From: an uncultured candidatus Porisulfidus sp.
Lineage (GTDB): Bacteria > Pseudomonadota > Gammaproteobacteria > Poriferisulfidales > Oxydemutatoraceae
Assembly: GCA_965215125.1 (NCBI GenBank)
Contig: OZ244052.1
Coordinates: 1,152,001-1,216,000 of the forward strand
Length of the DNA: 64,000 bases
Direction: 5' to 3'
Shown: piece by piece, positions 28,660 to 39,705 of the stretch
Layout: each line of letters starts with the position of its first letter
How positions within the stretch are numbered: position 1 is the first letter of the stretch
Notes under the pieces: model-generated
What the model was told of the DNA's origin: nothing
The model's database searches: none
What the model saw: only the letters and a program-made list of their open reading frames with translations
Position numbers and translations under genes: made by a program

Positions 28660-31065
28660 GTGTTCAAATTCATAAAACGATTACTATTGTTTATTGCCGG
28701 AGCACTCGCCCTCGGTGTTGTTGTCGTTGTAGCAGTATACATCTATATTGCCCCGGAACTCCCGTCTTTGGAAGAAATTAAGACGATTCGCGTGCAAACA
28801 CCGCTCAGAGTGTACACCTCCGAGGGCAACCTTATCGCGGTTTTCGGCGATAAGCGTCGGGTACCTATCGACATAGCAGAGGTGCCTAGTCAAATTATAG
28901 ATGCTTTCATTGCTGCCGAAGATGATCGTTTTTACGAACACCTAGGTGTGGATTACGAAGGCTTGATACGCGCGACTATCAATTTAATAGAGACAGGTCA
29001 ACGCACTCAAGGAGGTAGTACGATTACCATGCAGCTGGCGCGTAACTTTTTTTTGACGAACCAACGCACCTACGAACGAAAAATTAAGGAGATTTACCTT
29101 GCGTTGATTATGGAGCGTCTACTCGGCAAAGAGGAGATACTCAATTTGTATCTGAATAAAATCTTTATGGGTAAACGAGCTTATGGCATTGCCGCTGCTG
29201 CCGAAATTTACTATGGGAAGAATATCGGCGAATTAACTTTGGCTCAAAATGCGATGATTGCCGGTTTGCCTAAAGCACCTTCAATATACAACCCGCTTGC
29301 CAATCCCCAAAAGGCACTTGAGCGTCGGGCTTATGTCTTGGGGCGTATGCTCAAGCTGAAAATGATCTCTTCAACCGAGTACGAAACGGCAATGGCGGCA
29401 CCGATTACCGCGGCCGAGTACGACATCAAAGTAGAATTAGAAGCCCCCTATGTTGCCGAGATGGTACGCGCCTATATGATTGAGCAATACGGAGATAAAG
29501 CCTACTCCGATGGTTTTGATGTATACACTACCGTTCGTCGAACGATGCAGCAAGAAGCGCAAGCTAGTCTAAGGCGAGGTTTGCTCGATTATGATCGTCG
29601 CCACGGTTGGCGCGGCACCAAGGAACAAATTGCAGCCGAGATTTTAAGTAATCCCGAGGCACCAAGAAATGAATTAAAACAATTTCCCAAAGTAGGGGGA
29701 CTCGTACCGGCGATCGTATCGGGGGTGGTTGATGATACGATACAAGTCATCCCTAAAGACGGATTAGAGACCACACTCACGCGCCCGAGTTGGCAGTGGC
29801 AACCTCGCCTCAATCAAAATTATGTGGGGCCGCAGATAGAAGATGCTGAAAAACTAGTGCAGAGGGGCGATATCGTATGGCTTCTAGAGCAAGACGGAGA
29901 ACAACGGCGGCTGGTTCAGATCCCCGAAGTCGAAGGTACATTGGTCGCGTTGAATCCGAATACCGGAGCAATACTTGCATTGACCGGTGGTTTTGATTTT
30001 TATCAAAGTAAGTTTAATCGTGCAATCCAAGCAAAGCGACAACCGGGTTCCAGTTTCAAACCTTTTATTTATGCGGCAGCACTGTCGGAAGGTTATACGC
30101 CGGCAACGATAGTCAACGATACACCGGTGGTGTTTAGCGAGACATTCTCCAGTCAAGATTGGCGTCCCGAGAATTATAGCGGTAAATTTTTCGGTCCCAC
30201 CCGCATCAGAGAAGCACTTACTTATTCACGCAATATGGTTTCGGTGAAACTGGTAGACGCATTGGGGTTGAGAAAGACCCTGGACTATATCATGCGCTTC
30301 GGTTTCGAGCGTAAGGATCATCCTTATAATCTAACAATGGCATTGGGTTCCGGTGTAGCAACGCCTCTAGAAATTGCACGCGGTTATGCAACATTTGCCA
30401 ACAGTGGATTTTTGATTACGCCGTATTTTATCGAAAAAATATACGCTAACGAAGAGCCGATTTTTGAAGCATCTCCACCGCAACCCTGTGCCGAAAATTG
30501 CTACCAAGAAAACACCGGCAACGAAGTAGCAACGGAAATTGTATCAAAGACGGCAATCTCGGATAATGCAGCACTATTTATGCCTAGAGTTATTCCACCC
30601 GATATTGCCTATCAGTTATCCAGTATGCTACAAAGCGTGGCCCGATTAGGTACCGGGCGCAAAGCCTACCGTACCTTAAAACGTAGCGACATAGCAGGCA
30701 AGACCGGCACGACCAATAACCAACACGATGCTTGGTTCTCGGGTTTTAATCGCGATATAGTCTGCACCGTTTGGGTTGGTTTCGACAATCAGCAACCGTT
30801 GGGGAATCGCGAGACGGGTTCGGTGGCAGCATTACCTATATGGATAGACTTTATGAAAAAAATTCTTTCCGGAAAAGACGAAACTTCATTCTACAGACCT
30901 CCCGAGATTATTAGTGCAAAAATAGACTCGCAGACCGGTATGCTCGCGCATCCCAGTGACGCAACCGCAATCTCGGAGACCTTTAGAAGGGGCCACCTAC
31001 CTAAAAAAATTGCTCCTTTGCCGGGGAGCAAAGACAAAGAGGAGGATTTAGAAAAACTTTTTTGA
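28660..31065 (+). CDS. mrcA: Penicillin-binding protein 1A
   Basis: EDDRFYEH, GGSTITMQ, SSFK, SRN, KTG. Confidence 0.97.
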   Translation: MFKFIKRLLLFIAGALALGVVVVVAVYIYIAPELPSLEEIKTIRVQTPLRVYTSEGNLIAVFGDKRRVPIDIAEVPSQIIDAFIAAEDDRFYEHLGVDYEGLIRATINLIETGQRTQGGSTITMQLARNFFLTNQRTYERKIKEIYLALIMERLLGKEEILNLYLNKIFMGKRAYGIAAAAEIYYGKNIGELTLAQNAMIAGLPKAPSIYNPLANPQKALERRAYVLGRMLKLKMISSTEYETAMAAPITAAEYDIKVELEAPYVAEMVRAYMIEQYGDKAYSDGFDVYTTVRRTMQQEAQASLRRGLLDYDRRHGWRGTKEQIAAEILSNPEAPRNELKQFPKVGGLVPAIVSGVVDDTIQVIPKDGLETTLTRPSWQWQPRLNQNYVGPQIEDAEKLVQRGDIVWLLEQDGEQRRLVQIPEVEGTLVALNPNTGAILALTGGFDFYQSKFNRAIQAKRQPGSSFKPFIYAAALSEGYTPATIVNDTPVVFSETFSSQDWRPENYSGKFFGPTRIREALTYSRNMVSVKLVDALGLRKTLDYIMRFGFERKDHPYNLTMALGSGVATPLEIARGYATFANSGFLITPYFIEKIYANEEPIFEASPPQPCAENCYQENTGNEVATEIVSKTAISDNAALFMPRVIPPDIAYQLSSMLQSVARLGTGRKAYRTLKRSDIAGKTGTTNNQHDAWFSGFNRDIVCTVWVGFDNQQPLGNRETGSVAALPIWIDFMKKILSGKDETSFYRPPEIISAKIDSQTGMLAHPSDATAISETFRRGHLPKKIAPLPGSKDKEEDLEKLF

Positions 31066-31074
31066 TTATTCGGG

Positions 31075-31395
31075 CTAGTATGTTAACGAGAGCAAATAAG
31101 GCAGCCACTTTAAGAGAATGATTAGCGCAATCGCCGTACCGACCCAAAAGAATTTAGGTTCGGGCGTTGGATTATCGTTTCCTTTGTTCACGACCCTGGA
31201 CACAACGAGGTCGAATAAAATCACCATGAAAATGATGGGGGCAAGTGCCGGCACAACCACCGTAGTTAATATCGCAGGCCACTCAACACTGGTTTGCATC
31301 CCCGGTGCCGGTAAAAAAATAATAACGAGCAAGCCTGCTACATAGAGCATTAATCTTAGAAGACCTATATTGCGAATCATAGCTGTATTTTTCAC
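31075..31395 (-). CDS. Hypothetical membrane protein
   Basis: Three hydrophobic helices. Confidence 0.65.
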   Translation of the reverse strand: MKNTAMIRNIGLLRLMLYVAGLLVIIFLPAPGMQTSVEWPAILTTVVVPALAPIIFMVILFDLVVSRVVNKGNDNPTPEPKFFWVGTAIALIILLKWLPYLLSLTY

Positions 31396-31468
31396 CCGTA
31401 GTGCTAAAATAATGTTTTCTAATTATAGGCTATATTCTATAGTGCTATCCAACGAAAAACTTTAGACA

Positions 31469-32279
<811 letters not shown>

Positions 32280-32284
32280 CCGCA

Positions 32285-32617
32285 ATGAAAAATATTGCAT
32301 GGTTCACCTCGTTGGTAGCCTACCTGATGTTATTGAGTGTGCTGGTCGCTTGGAACGCATGGATCGATCCTCCCGAAAGAATACCACGGATGATACCGCT
32401 ATTGGCATTAGGTCTTCCGTTACTTGCAGTATTACGAGGACTGTTGCACGGTCGTAGAAGAAGCTGTCAACTCGCCGCGTTATTGGCATTGGTTTATTTC
32501 TCGCTCGGCTTAATAGATATTGCCGCCGGTGTCGTTTTATACGGGTGGTTACAGACTGTCGCTGCAACCGTATGGTTTGTTGCTTTGCTGGTCTACTTAA
32601 AAGCCGGTTCAGGCTAA
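32285..32617 (+). CDS. DUF2069-like membrane protein
   Basis: Four TM helices, PLL..LRGLL.G; usual wrbA neighbour. Confidence 0.7.
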   Translation: MKNIAWFTSLVAYLMLLSVLVAWNAWIDPPERIPRMIPLLALGLPLLAVLRGLLHGRRRSCQLAALLALVYFSLGLIDIAAGVVLYGWLQTVAATVWFVALLVYLKAGSG

Positions 32618-32663
32618 GCCGAACCGCCTCCGAGTGGTTTTCATCAACCGTATTGTTGCCTTT

Positions 32664-34076
32664 CTATAGGCTGTAATACATATCAAATTCAACCGGATGG
32701 GTTGCTTGCCGTAGACGCGAGACTTCCTCCATTTTAAGCTCTATATAACCGTCTATCGCATCGTCGGTGAGTACATCACCCATCGTTAAAAAGCTTCTAT
32801 CCGAGTTCAGCGCATCCAATGCTTCGTCCAAAGAGGCTGCGACTTTCGGTATGGCTTTTTCTTCTTCCGGCGACAATTCATATAGATCTTTGTTCATAGG
32901 TTCACCCGGATGTATACGGTTTTGTATGCCGTCTAGACCTGCCATCAACATCGCAACGAAAGTTAAATACGGATTGCCTGCCGCGTCGGGGAAACGCACC
33001 TCTATCCGTCTTGCTTTGGGATTGATCACATACGGTATCCGGACAGCTGCCGAACGGTTGCGCGCAGAATAAGCAAGCATGACCGGTGCTTCAAACCCCG
33101 GCACCAATCGCTTGTAACTATTGGTGGATGCATTCGCAAAGGCATTGATTGCACGAGCATGCTTTAGAATACCACCTATATAGTACATAGCGGTTTCCGA
33201 TAGATTTGCGTACTGATCTCCGGCAAATATATTTTCACCATCTTTAGATAAAGTCTGATGCACATGCATGCCGGTGCCGTTGTCACCGACTATCGGCTTA
33301 GGCATAAAAGTTGCCGTTTTACCGTAGTTATTAGCAACATTCTGCACCACATATTTTTGAATTTGACTGATATCCCCTCGTTTCACTAAGGAGGCGTAAC
33401 GGGTTCCGATTTCACATTGACCGGCGGTACCGACCTCGTGGTGATGCACTTCGGTGACTACACCCATCTCGGAAAGTGCTTCGCACATGGCCGAGCGTAT
33501 ATCTTGCAGAGAATCAACCGGAGGCACCGGAAAATAGCCACCCTTGATGCCGGGGCGATGTCCGATATTTCCTCCTTCGTATTCTTTATTACTGCTCCAA
33601 ACCGCTTCGGAAGACTCAATGTCGTAACTGCATCCTTGATGGTCGCTGTACCAGCGAACGCTATCAAATACGAAAAACTCAAGCTCCGGCCCGAAATAAA
33701 CAACATCTGCGATGCCGGTTTCTTTGAGGTACTGTTCGGCACGTTTTGCAATAGAGCGTGGGTCTCTGTTATACGGCTGTTTGGTGTCGGGTTCCAATAT
33801 ATCGCAACGCAAACAAAGTGTGAGGTCGTTATAAAACGAGTCTATTTGTGCAGTCTCAAAATCCGGCATCAAAAGCATATCCGAATCGTTGATTTCTTTC
33901 CATCCGGCAATAGACGAACCGTCAAACATCTTGCCCCCCGCTAAATAGCCGTCTTCGCAAGCGATTTTGGCAGGCACGGTTACATGTTGTTCCTTGCCTC
34001 TAGTATCCGTGAAACGAAAATCTACATATTTGATATTTTCGTCTTTAATCATTTTTAGAACATTTTCTACCGACAT
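32664..34076 (-). CDS. glnA: Glutamine synthetase type I
   Basis: [24 protein letters not shown], adenylylation site KDLY. Confidence 0.99.
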   Translation of the reverse strand: MSVENVLKMIKDENIKYVDFRFTDTRGKEQHVTVPAKIACEDGYLAGGKMFDGSSIAGWKEINDSDMLLMPDFETAQIDSFYNDLTLCLRCDILEPDTKQPYNRDPRSIAKRAEQYLKETGIADVVYFGPELEFFVFDSVRWYSDHQGCSYDIESSEAVWSSNKEYEGGNIGHRPGIKGGYFPVPPVDSLQDIRSAMCEALSEMGVVTEVHHHEVGTAGQCEIGTRYASLVKRGDISQIQKYVVQNVANNYGKTATFMPKPIVGDNGTGMHVHQTLSKDGENIFAGDQYANLSETAMYYIGGILKHARAINAFANASTNSYKRLVPGFEAPVMLAYSARNRSAAVRIPYVINPKARRIEVRFPDAAGNPYLTFVAMLMAGLDGIQNRIHPGEPMNKDLYELSPEEEKAIPKVAASLDEALDALNSDRSFLTMGDVLTDDAIDGYIELKMEEVSRLRQATHPVEFDMYYSL

Positions 34077-34210
34077 TGTTAAAACTCCTGTAAATGTATG
34101 AACACTACGCTTCTACCCAAGGTTTAGGTCGAAGCCCACTCGTACTAAAAATAGTTTCCTTGTGCTAAAGAATACTTAGGGGCTATTGTAGCATAGTTTG
34201 ATCAAATAGC

Positions 34211-37066
34211 TTAAACAAAATCGGAACCGCCTTCGTACTTAGCTTTTGAACCTTCTTCCAGCATCGCCTGAAGGCCGGGTATATTCCTGAGCTTATAGCC
34301 GGTCAGGCCGGTATTCATACGCTGTAATTCTAAGTTGCCGGCATCCAGTGTAAAGGTGGTGCGCATTTTGCGCGATTCGGCAGTGTGATCACTATCGGGT
34401 TCGGGTATATGTCCGGTGGCATGCCCGACAGCCGCTAGATATTTAACTTCTGCATCCAGCTGTCCAGTGCGGTCTTTGCCGCTTTTGCAGTTGAATAAAG
34501 GAGTTTCACCCATTAAATGACTAGTTAACGCCAGCCGAGATACCATTTTATAGGGTTCGTTATTACCGCTCCAAAAAGAGCGATTTTTCCAAATTTGCTT
34601 TACTTGGGTTGCAGCTTCTCTCAGTAGCACTGCTCGTTTTTGGACTTTAGGATCGTCGCTTTGCTCCAGTTCTTGCAGTTTGTCTACCACGGCTCCGCCC
34701 AAGGCACCGTTATTTCGTGCACCTAGCAGTTCGCTTAATTGCGGGTCGTTCAAACCGGCAGAGAACCCCCAACCCATCAAACTACGCCAAATAGGAAAAT
34801 TGGCCGGCAAAACCGTTCTGGCAAGTGCGTAATTGTTAACACCGAAGTTAAAAGTGCGCACTTTAAGATTTACTTTGATCTCTTTGGGTTGTTGGTTATC
34901 GTCTTTAATTGTCAACCGAACAGGCTTGTCGGGAGACTGTCCGCTCGCTAGAGATCGTAAGCCTTGAATTTGATGTTTGAGCATACGCCGCTCATCTTTG
35001 GCAATACCTCCAATATGGCGTAGCCAGTCGGGTGTCACCAAAGCAACCGAGTTCATCGTAACATCGACAGTTTCTCCATCCAAAGCGGCCTGTAATTTAG
35101 CCGGTTCGGAAACTATTGCGGCACTCAACACCTCTCGTGCCATCTTCCGAGATGCCAAATTACGCATCTCGTTGATATAATGTGCCCGCCTTTTAGGATT
35201 GCTTTTAATTTTCTCGACTATTTCTCGTGCGTGTTCGTTTCTTAATTCTATTTGTTTTTCAAGGTGGCGCATATTTATGGATTTTTTGCTCACAACGACA
35301 GGTTCATCGACGGTATTATTTGAACGATCTCTGCGACGAGTGAATACGGTTATCGATTCACCGTCGTCTTCGGTTTCTTCCAATGCTTGAAGTTGCCGTT
35401 CCAGCGTAGCGGTATCCCTGCCGTACACCCTACTTTGCTCATCGTCGTAAATAGCTTTAGCCATTCCGGTAAGTTGTATATCGGAAAAATTACGAACGCT
35501 TTTATCGCTATAATCATAAGCATCGAGTATCCCGTGTCGCACGCCGGAGAATAGGGTTTCCCCGTCTTCGTCAACTAACCTTGTGTGTGCCATATTGGGT
35601 ACGTGATCGACTTGCAGGCGATCCGCATAGCTAATGCCGTTGCTTTTATATGGTTTTTCAAATCGCTTTGCCAGATGTGTGCCGGGAGTAATCGTGCTAC
35701 GGCAAGAGTGTTTTTTGCCGTTGATATTAAACTGTAAGGGTCTATCAATAACCGGCCATTTGCCTTGATTGATTTCGGTTATCAGAGCCTGTTCGTAGGC
35801 CGCTTCAAACTTAGGCAGTTGTGCTATATCTACACCTTCTTTTTTTAATTGGAATGTTATAAAAAGTCGCGTCATGTCTCGCTGTGATAAGTTTGGATGA
35901 CTCAAAGCCAAGACCGGCGGGGTTTTGTTCCAATTGCCAACCAACTGTTCAGCAGCTTGTTGCGGCAATGCAATTTGTTCTTTGTTTTTAATCAAATCGA
36001 AGTTCTCCGTCCACGCGTCGGGGGATTCAAGTTCAAGTTTAGGGTTGTTTGCATCCATCTTGACTTTCCCTCTAGCAAGTTTGGCAGCATACTCCAGTTC
36101 TGCACAATGTTTTTCTAAAGACCAGCGGGTTCTTTTCATTTTTATAAAGGTCTCCCGATGAATGCCTTTTTGCGAACGCATCATGGTGTTGAATGCTCTG
36201 AGACCCGCTCGTGCGGTTAGAAGATTATATTCTATACGGTCGCGACGGCTTAACGGTTCTCTAGCCGGCAATCTATCTTCGTAAAGAGAAATCGTATCGG
36301 CCAGATTCATATGCTGCTTTGCGAGGCGGTTCGATAATGCCGTAAGTAACGTTGCAGTCGGTTCATTCATTTTACCGGCACTCACCTCGAGTGCCATAGT
36401 TGCGGATAGCCAGCCTTGTGCAAACGACAAGTTATACTTATTACAATGCATCAAAGCCTTCATCTCTATACTCTCTCGCTTGGATAACCCTTGATTCTGC
36501 AATTTTTGACCGAGAATCTCTAGACGTTGCATATCTGCGTTGAGCCTTTCGCCGTAATTCATCATCGCAAGCAGTGGCTCTTTGAGGTCGGTTGCAATCC
36601 CGTGTGTTTTGCCGGTTTCTTCATAGACATTGGTAAAATTTTCAATATATTGGTGCAACCTTTCACAATCCGCATCTTCCAAATGTTTTACGGTTTCTTC
36701 GCTGATTCCCGTAGCTTGATGATAATCGGTGCTACTTATTTGCCAAGGTTCGTTTCCGCTTGTGCTGCTAGTAGTCGCATTGTCTGTCGGGAATTTGTCC
36801 TCTAAGAATTCTGCGGTGGAATGAAAGCTGTCGGTCTCACTCCGCTCATCCGATGTTATGAACGACGCATTGTCACTCCCGTACAAAACCGAACGATCAC
36901 GAATACTTTTATTTTCATCGTACTCCGAATATGATTTTATTTTGGCGATAGACTCTTGTTGATCGGCGAGGCGAACTTGTTTTCCTGCAAAACTGGCCGG
37001 TGTGTCATCAGATGACACTGCCTTTTTTCCCAACGGCAAGGTTGGTGTTATTGATTTTATCGGCAT
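34211..37066 (-). CDS. SopB/IpgD-family inositol-phosphate phosphatase, putative T3SS effector
   Basis: C-terminal NCKSGKDRTG (CX5R), GVRHG, FNFGVN, GNLELQ..NTG..G.K; Ser/Thr-rich N-terminus; AAGGAGG RBS. Confidence 0.85.
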   Translation of the reverse strand: MPIKSITPTLPLGKKAVSSDDTPASFAGKQVRLADQQESIAKIKSYSEYDENKSIRDRSVLYGSDNASFITSDERSETDSFHSTAEFLEDKFPTDNATTSSTSGNEPWQISSTDYHQATGISEETVKHLEDADCERLHQYIENFTNVYEETGKTHGIATDLKEPLLAMMNYGERLNADMQRLEILGQKLQNQGLSKRESIEMKALMHCNKYNLSFAQGWLSATMALEVSAGKMNEPTATLLTALSNRLAKQHMNLADTISLYEDRLPAREPLSRRDRIEYNLLTARAGLRAFNTMMRSQKGIHRETFIKMKRTRWSLEKHCAELEYAAKLARGKVKMDANNPKLELESPDAWTENFDLIKNKEQIALPQQAAEQLVGNWNKTPPVLALSHPNLSQRDMTRLFITFQLKKEGVDIAQLPKFEAAYEQALITEINQGKWPVIDRPLQFNINGKKHSCRSTITPGTHLAKRFEKPYKSNGISYADRLQVDHVPNMAHTRLVDEDGETLFSGVRHGILDAYDYSDKSVRNFSDIQLTGMAKAIYDDEQSRVYGRDTATLERQLQALEETEDDGESITVFTRRRDRSNNTVDEPVVVSKKSINMRHLEKQIELRNEHAREIVEKIKSNPKRRAHYINEMRNLASRKMAREVLSAAIVSEPAKLQAALDGETVDVTMNSVALVTPDWLRHIGGIAKDERRMLKHQIQGLRSLASGQSPDKPVRLTIKDDNQQPKEIKVNLKVRTFNFGVNNYALARTVLPANFPIWRSLMGWGFSAGLNDPQLSELLGARNNGALGGAVVDKLQELEQSDDPKVQKRAVLLREAATQVKQIWKNRSFWSGNNEPYKMVSRLALTSHLMGETPLFNCKSGKDRTGQLDAEVKYLAAVGHATGHIPEPDSDHTAESRKMRTTFTLDAGNLELQRMNTGLTGYKLRNIPGLQAMLEEGSKAKYEGGSDFV

Positions 37067-37429
37067 ATTCCCCTCCTTATTCGATTTACGGTATTTTTAG
37101 AACCTTTGTTGATATCATTGTTTGCGTGTCTACAATACCCAATTATAGATTTTCAGTATAAAGTAACACTTTTTTATAATCAATGTTTTATCTTATTTTC
37201 CTAAACACTATAGTATAAACAACCCATCGGACGAGGATGTGAAATTGAGGCTATCAAATCATAAAGCATTGTTATGCTTATACATTACGGCGTTTCTTCA
37301 AGAGGATGAAAAGTGTTTTCGGCTAAAATATGCGAGGTTATCTAAAATTTTATAAGTGTCTTTGCAAGCGAAATCATTCATGATGGTGAACGGTACCAAA
37401 GACAATACATAAATATAGGCAAATTTACT

Positions 37430-38512
37430 ATGGCAAACCTCCAACCAAAGCGCAAGAAATATCTTTTGTTTTCCATGTCTAGGAGTGAAACAGGTGTGGA
37501 TAACGCATTTGCAATGTTGAATCTTATTTTTAGGGAATCGCAATATTTAAATAGAATTCCGGCCATCGGCAAATTTGCCATGAACCCGACACATAACTTG
37601 GGTGATAATCGGTTTGAATGGTGCTTTGAAGATTACCTTGACTTGTCCAATGGTGCGCTCCACCGATTGGAAAAAGAGAGTCATAAACCCATCGCCTTTA
37701 GTTTGGATTGGGTTAAAGAACAAGAACTGGATTTAGCTCATTATGCATTCGATAAAGTATATAACCTTGCTGCCGATGAAATCGTTAGCGAAGAGATGAA
37801 TCAACGCTACGATGTGCTGATTCGTAGAGACCCGTCATTTAATTATGTTAGTGCTTGTAAAAAATATGAATATGACGACGGCCTTATAGACTTTCCGTAT
37901 TCGAAGGAAATAAATAGACTCGTTGACGAGACATTGGATGCTTTAGGCATGTCTCGTAAAGTTGCAATGGCGGCGCAACATTATTTTCTAAATAAAGTGA
38001 ACGACAGTGCATGGAATCAGCACGACAGTATCCCTCTAGATAAAGTATATTATGCGTGTATGCATGTGCGTATGTCCGACCGAGAGTCTCAGTGGCCTGT
38101 ATTTGAGTTTAGTTCATCAAAAGGACACATAAAATCGGTGCTGGAATATTCAATTAGAAAAGGCTCGCGGCTTTATATTATGTCCGACATACATCAACCC
38201 GAATTTTTTGATTTTCTAAAGTCCGACTATCGGGTATATCGCTACCACGATTTTCCTAATTTGAAACGGCTGGTCTCGGGTAAGGATGGCGGCAAAATAG
38301 ATAATGTGATGCTCTATTTGGTTGAAAAAAACATTATGAAGCATGCCACGGTTAAGATTTTACCGCCGCATAAAGGACCGATGATTTATCATTTTAATAC
38401 GGTCTACAATCTTGCAATCTTAAAAAAAACCCTAATTCTACGGAGAGGGGCATTGAAGCGAGCGGTTTATAGTTTTATTAGGCGGTTGCTTAGCCATATC
38501 CTTACCGGATGA
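37430..38512 (+). CDS. Putative O-fucosyltransferase-fold protein (paralog 1)
   Basis: YYACMHVRMSD and LYIMSD resemble the GDP-fucose-binding motifs (hHhRxxD; hYhatD). Confidence 0.55.
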   Translation: MANLQPKRKKYLLFSMSRSETGVDNAFAMLNLIFRESQYLNRIPAIGKFAMNPTHNLGDNRFEWCFEDYLDLSNGALHRLEKESHKPIAFSLDWVKEQELDLAHYAFDKVYNLAADEIVSEEMNQRYDVLIRRDPSFNYVSACKKYEYDDGLIDFPYSKEINRLVDETLDALGMSRKVAMAAQHYFLNKVNDSAWNQHDSIPLDKVYYACMHVRMSDRESQWPVFEFSSSKGHIKSVLEYSIRKGSRLYIMSDIHQPEFFDFLKSDYRVYRYHDFPNLKRLVSGKDGGKIDNVMLYLVEKNIMKHATVKILPPHKGPMIYHFNTVYNLAILKKTLILRRGALKRAVYSFIRRLLSHILTG

Positions 38513-38528
38513 AAGTTTGCTACGGAAT

Positions 38529-39701
38529 ATGACAGATAAATATCTCCTGTTTTCGATGACTCAACTTGCAACGGGGATAGATACCGTATTTAGAATGTTG
38601 AATCTTATTTTCAAAGAAGCTCAACACCTAAATAGAATTCCCGCCATTGGGGAATTTACTATGAGCCCGAACCATAACCTGGATGAGCCTCGATTTGACT
38701 TGTGCTTTGAGGATTACCTTGACTTGTCGAACAGCAAGACTTGTCGGTTTGAAAAGGGCTACCATAAACCTATTATGTCTCACTTGAGTTGGGTTAAGGA
38801 GGAGGATTTAGCCTTGGATTCTTATTTTTTTGATAAGGTATATTTTCTTTCCGACGAAGAGATCGTTAGCGAGGAAATAAACCTACGCTACGATGTGTTG
38901 ATTCGCAGAGACCCGACATTTAGGTATGCCGGCACTTGCAAAAAGTATAGATACGGCAAGTACTTGATAGACTTTAGGTATTCGGAGCAGCTAAACAAAT
39001 TGACCGATGAGGTATTAGATGCTTTGGGAACATCCCGAGCGTATGCAATGACGGCGCAACACTATTTTTTAAGTCGGTTTAACAGCGCGAATTGGTGTGA
39101 TAGCATAATTACAGATGTGTTCAAACCGGACACAAATTATTATGCGTGTATGCATGTGCGTATGTCCGACCGAGAGTCTCAGTGGCCTGTATTTGAGTTT
39201 AGTTCATCAAAAGGACACATAAAATCGGTGTTGGAACATTCAATTAGAAAAGGCTCGCGGCTCTATATTATGTCCGACATACATCAACCCGAATTTTTTG
39301 ATTTTCTAAAATCCGACTATCGGGTATATCGCTACCATGATTTTCCTAATTTGAAACGGCTGGTCTCGGGTGAGAACGGCACCAAAATAGATAATGTCAT
39401 GCTCTATTTGGTTGAAAAAAACATTATGAAACACGCCATGGTTAAGATTTTACCACCGCATAAAGGGCCGATGATTTATCATCTTAATACAGTCTACGAT
39501 ATCACTATCTTAAAGAAACCTCCGGTCAGATTACGGATACGAACCTTGAGGCGAATGGTCCATGATTTCATTTTCTTAAAAGAACCACTAAGCAAGAAAC
39601 TACGGCTTAGAAAATTCCAAAGACTTATGGCAAGTTGCATGAAAAAATTAAAGCTTAATCAACTGCTGGGTAGCATTGTTATCGGATATAAGGTTACTTA
39701 G
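38529..39701 (+). CDS. Putative O-fucosyltransferase-fold protein (paralog 2)
   Basis: Full-length paralog of 37430-38512 with a basic C-terminal tail. Confidence 0.55.
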   Translation: MTDKYLLFSMTQLATGIDTVFRMLNLIFKEAQHLNRIPAIGEFTMSPNHNLDEPRFDLCFEDYLDLSNSKTCRFEKGYHKPIMSHLSWVKEEDLALDSYFFDKVYFLSDEEIVSEEINLRYDVLIRRDPTFRYAGTCKKYRYGKYLIDFRYSEQLNKLTDEVLDALGTSRAYAMTAQHYFLSRFNSANWCDSIITDVFKPDTNYYACMHVRMSDRESQWPVFEFSSSKGHIKSVLEHSIRKGSRLYIMSDIHQPEFFDFLKSDYRVYRYHDFPNLKRLVSGENGTKIDNVMLYLVEKNIMKHAMVKILPPHKGPMIYHLNTVYDITILKKPPVRLRIRTLRRMVHDFIFLKEPLSKKLRLRKFQRLMASCMKKLKLNQLLGSIVIGYKVT

Positions 39702-39705
39702 GAAC

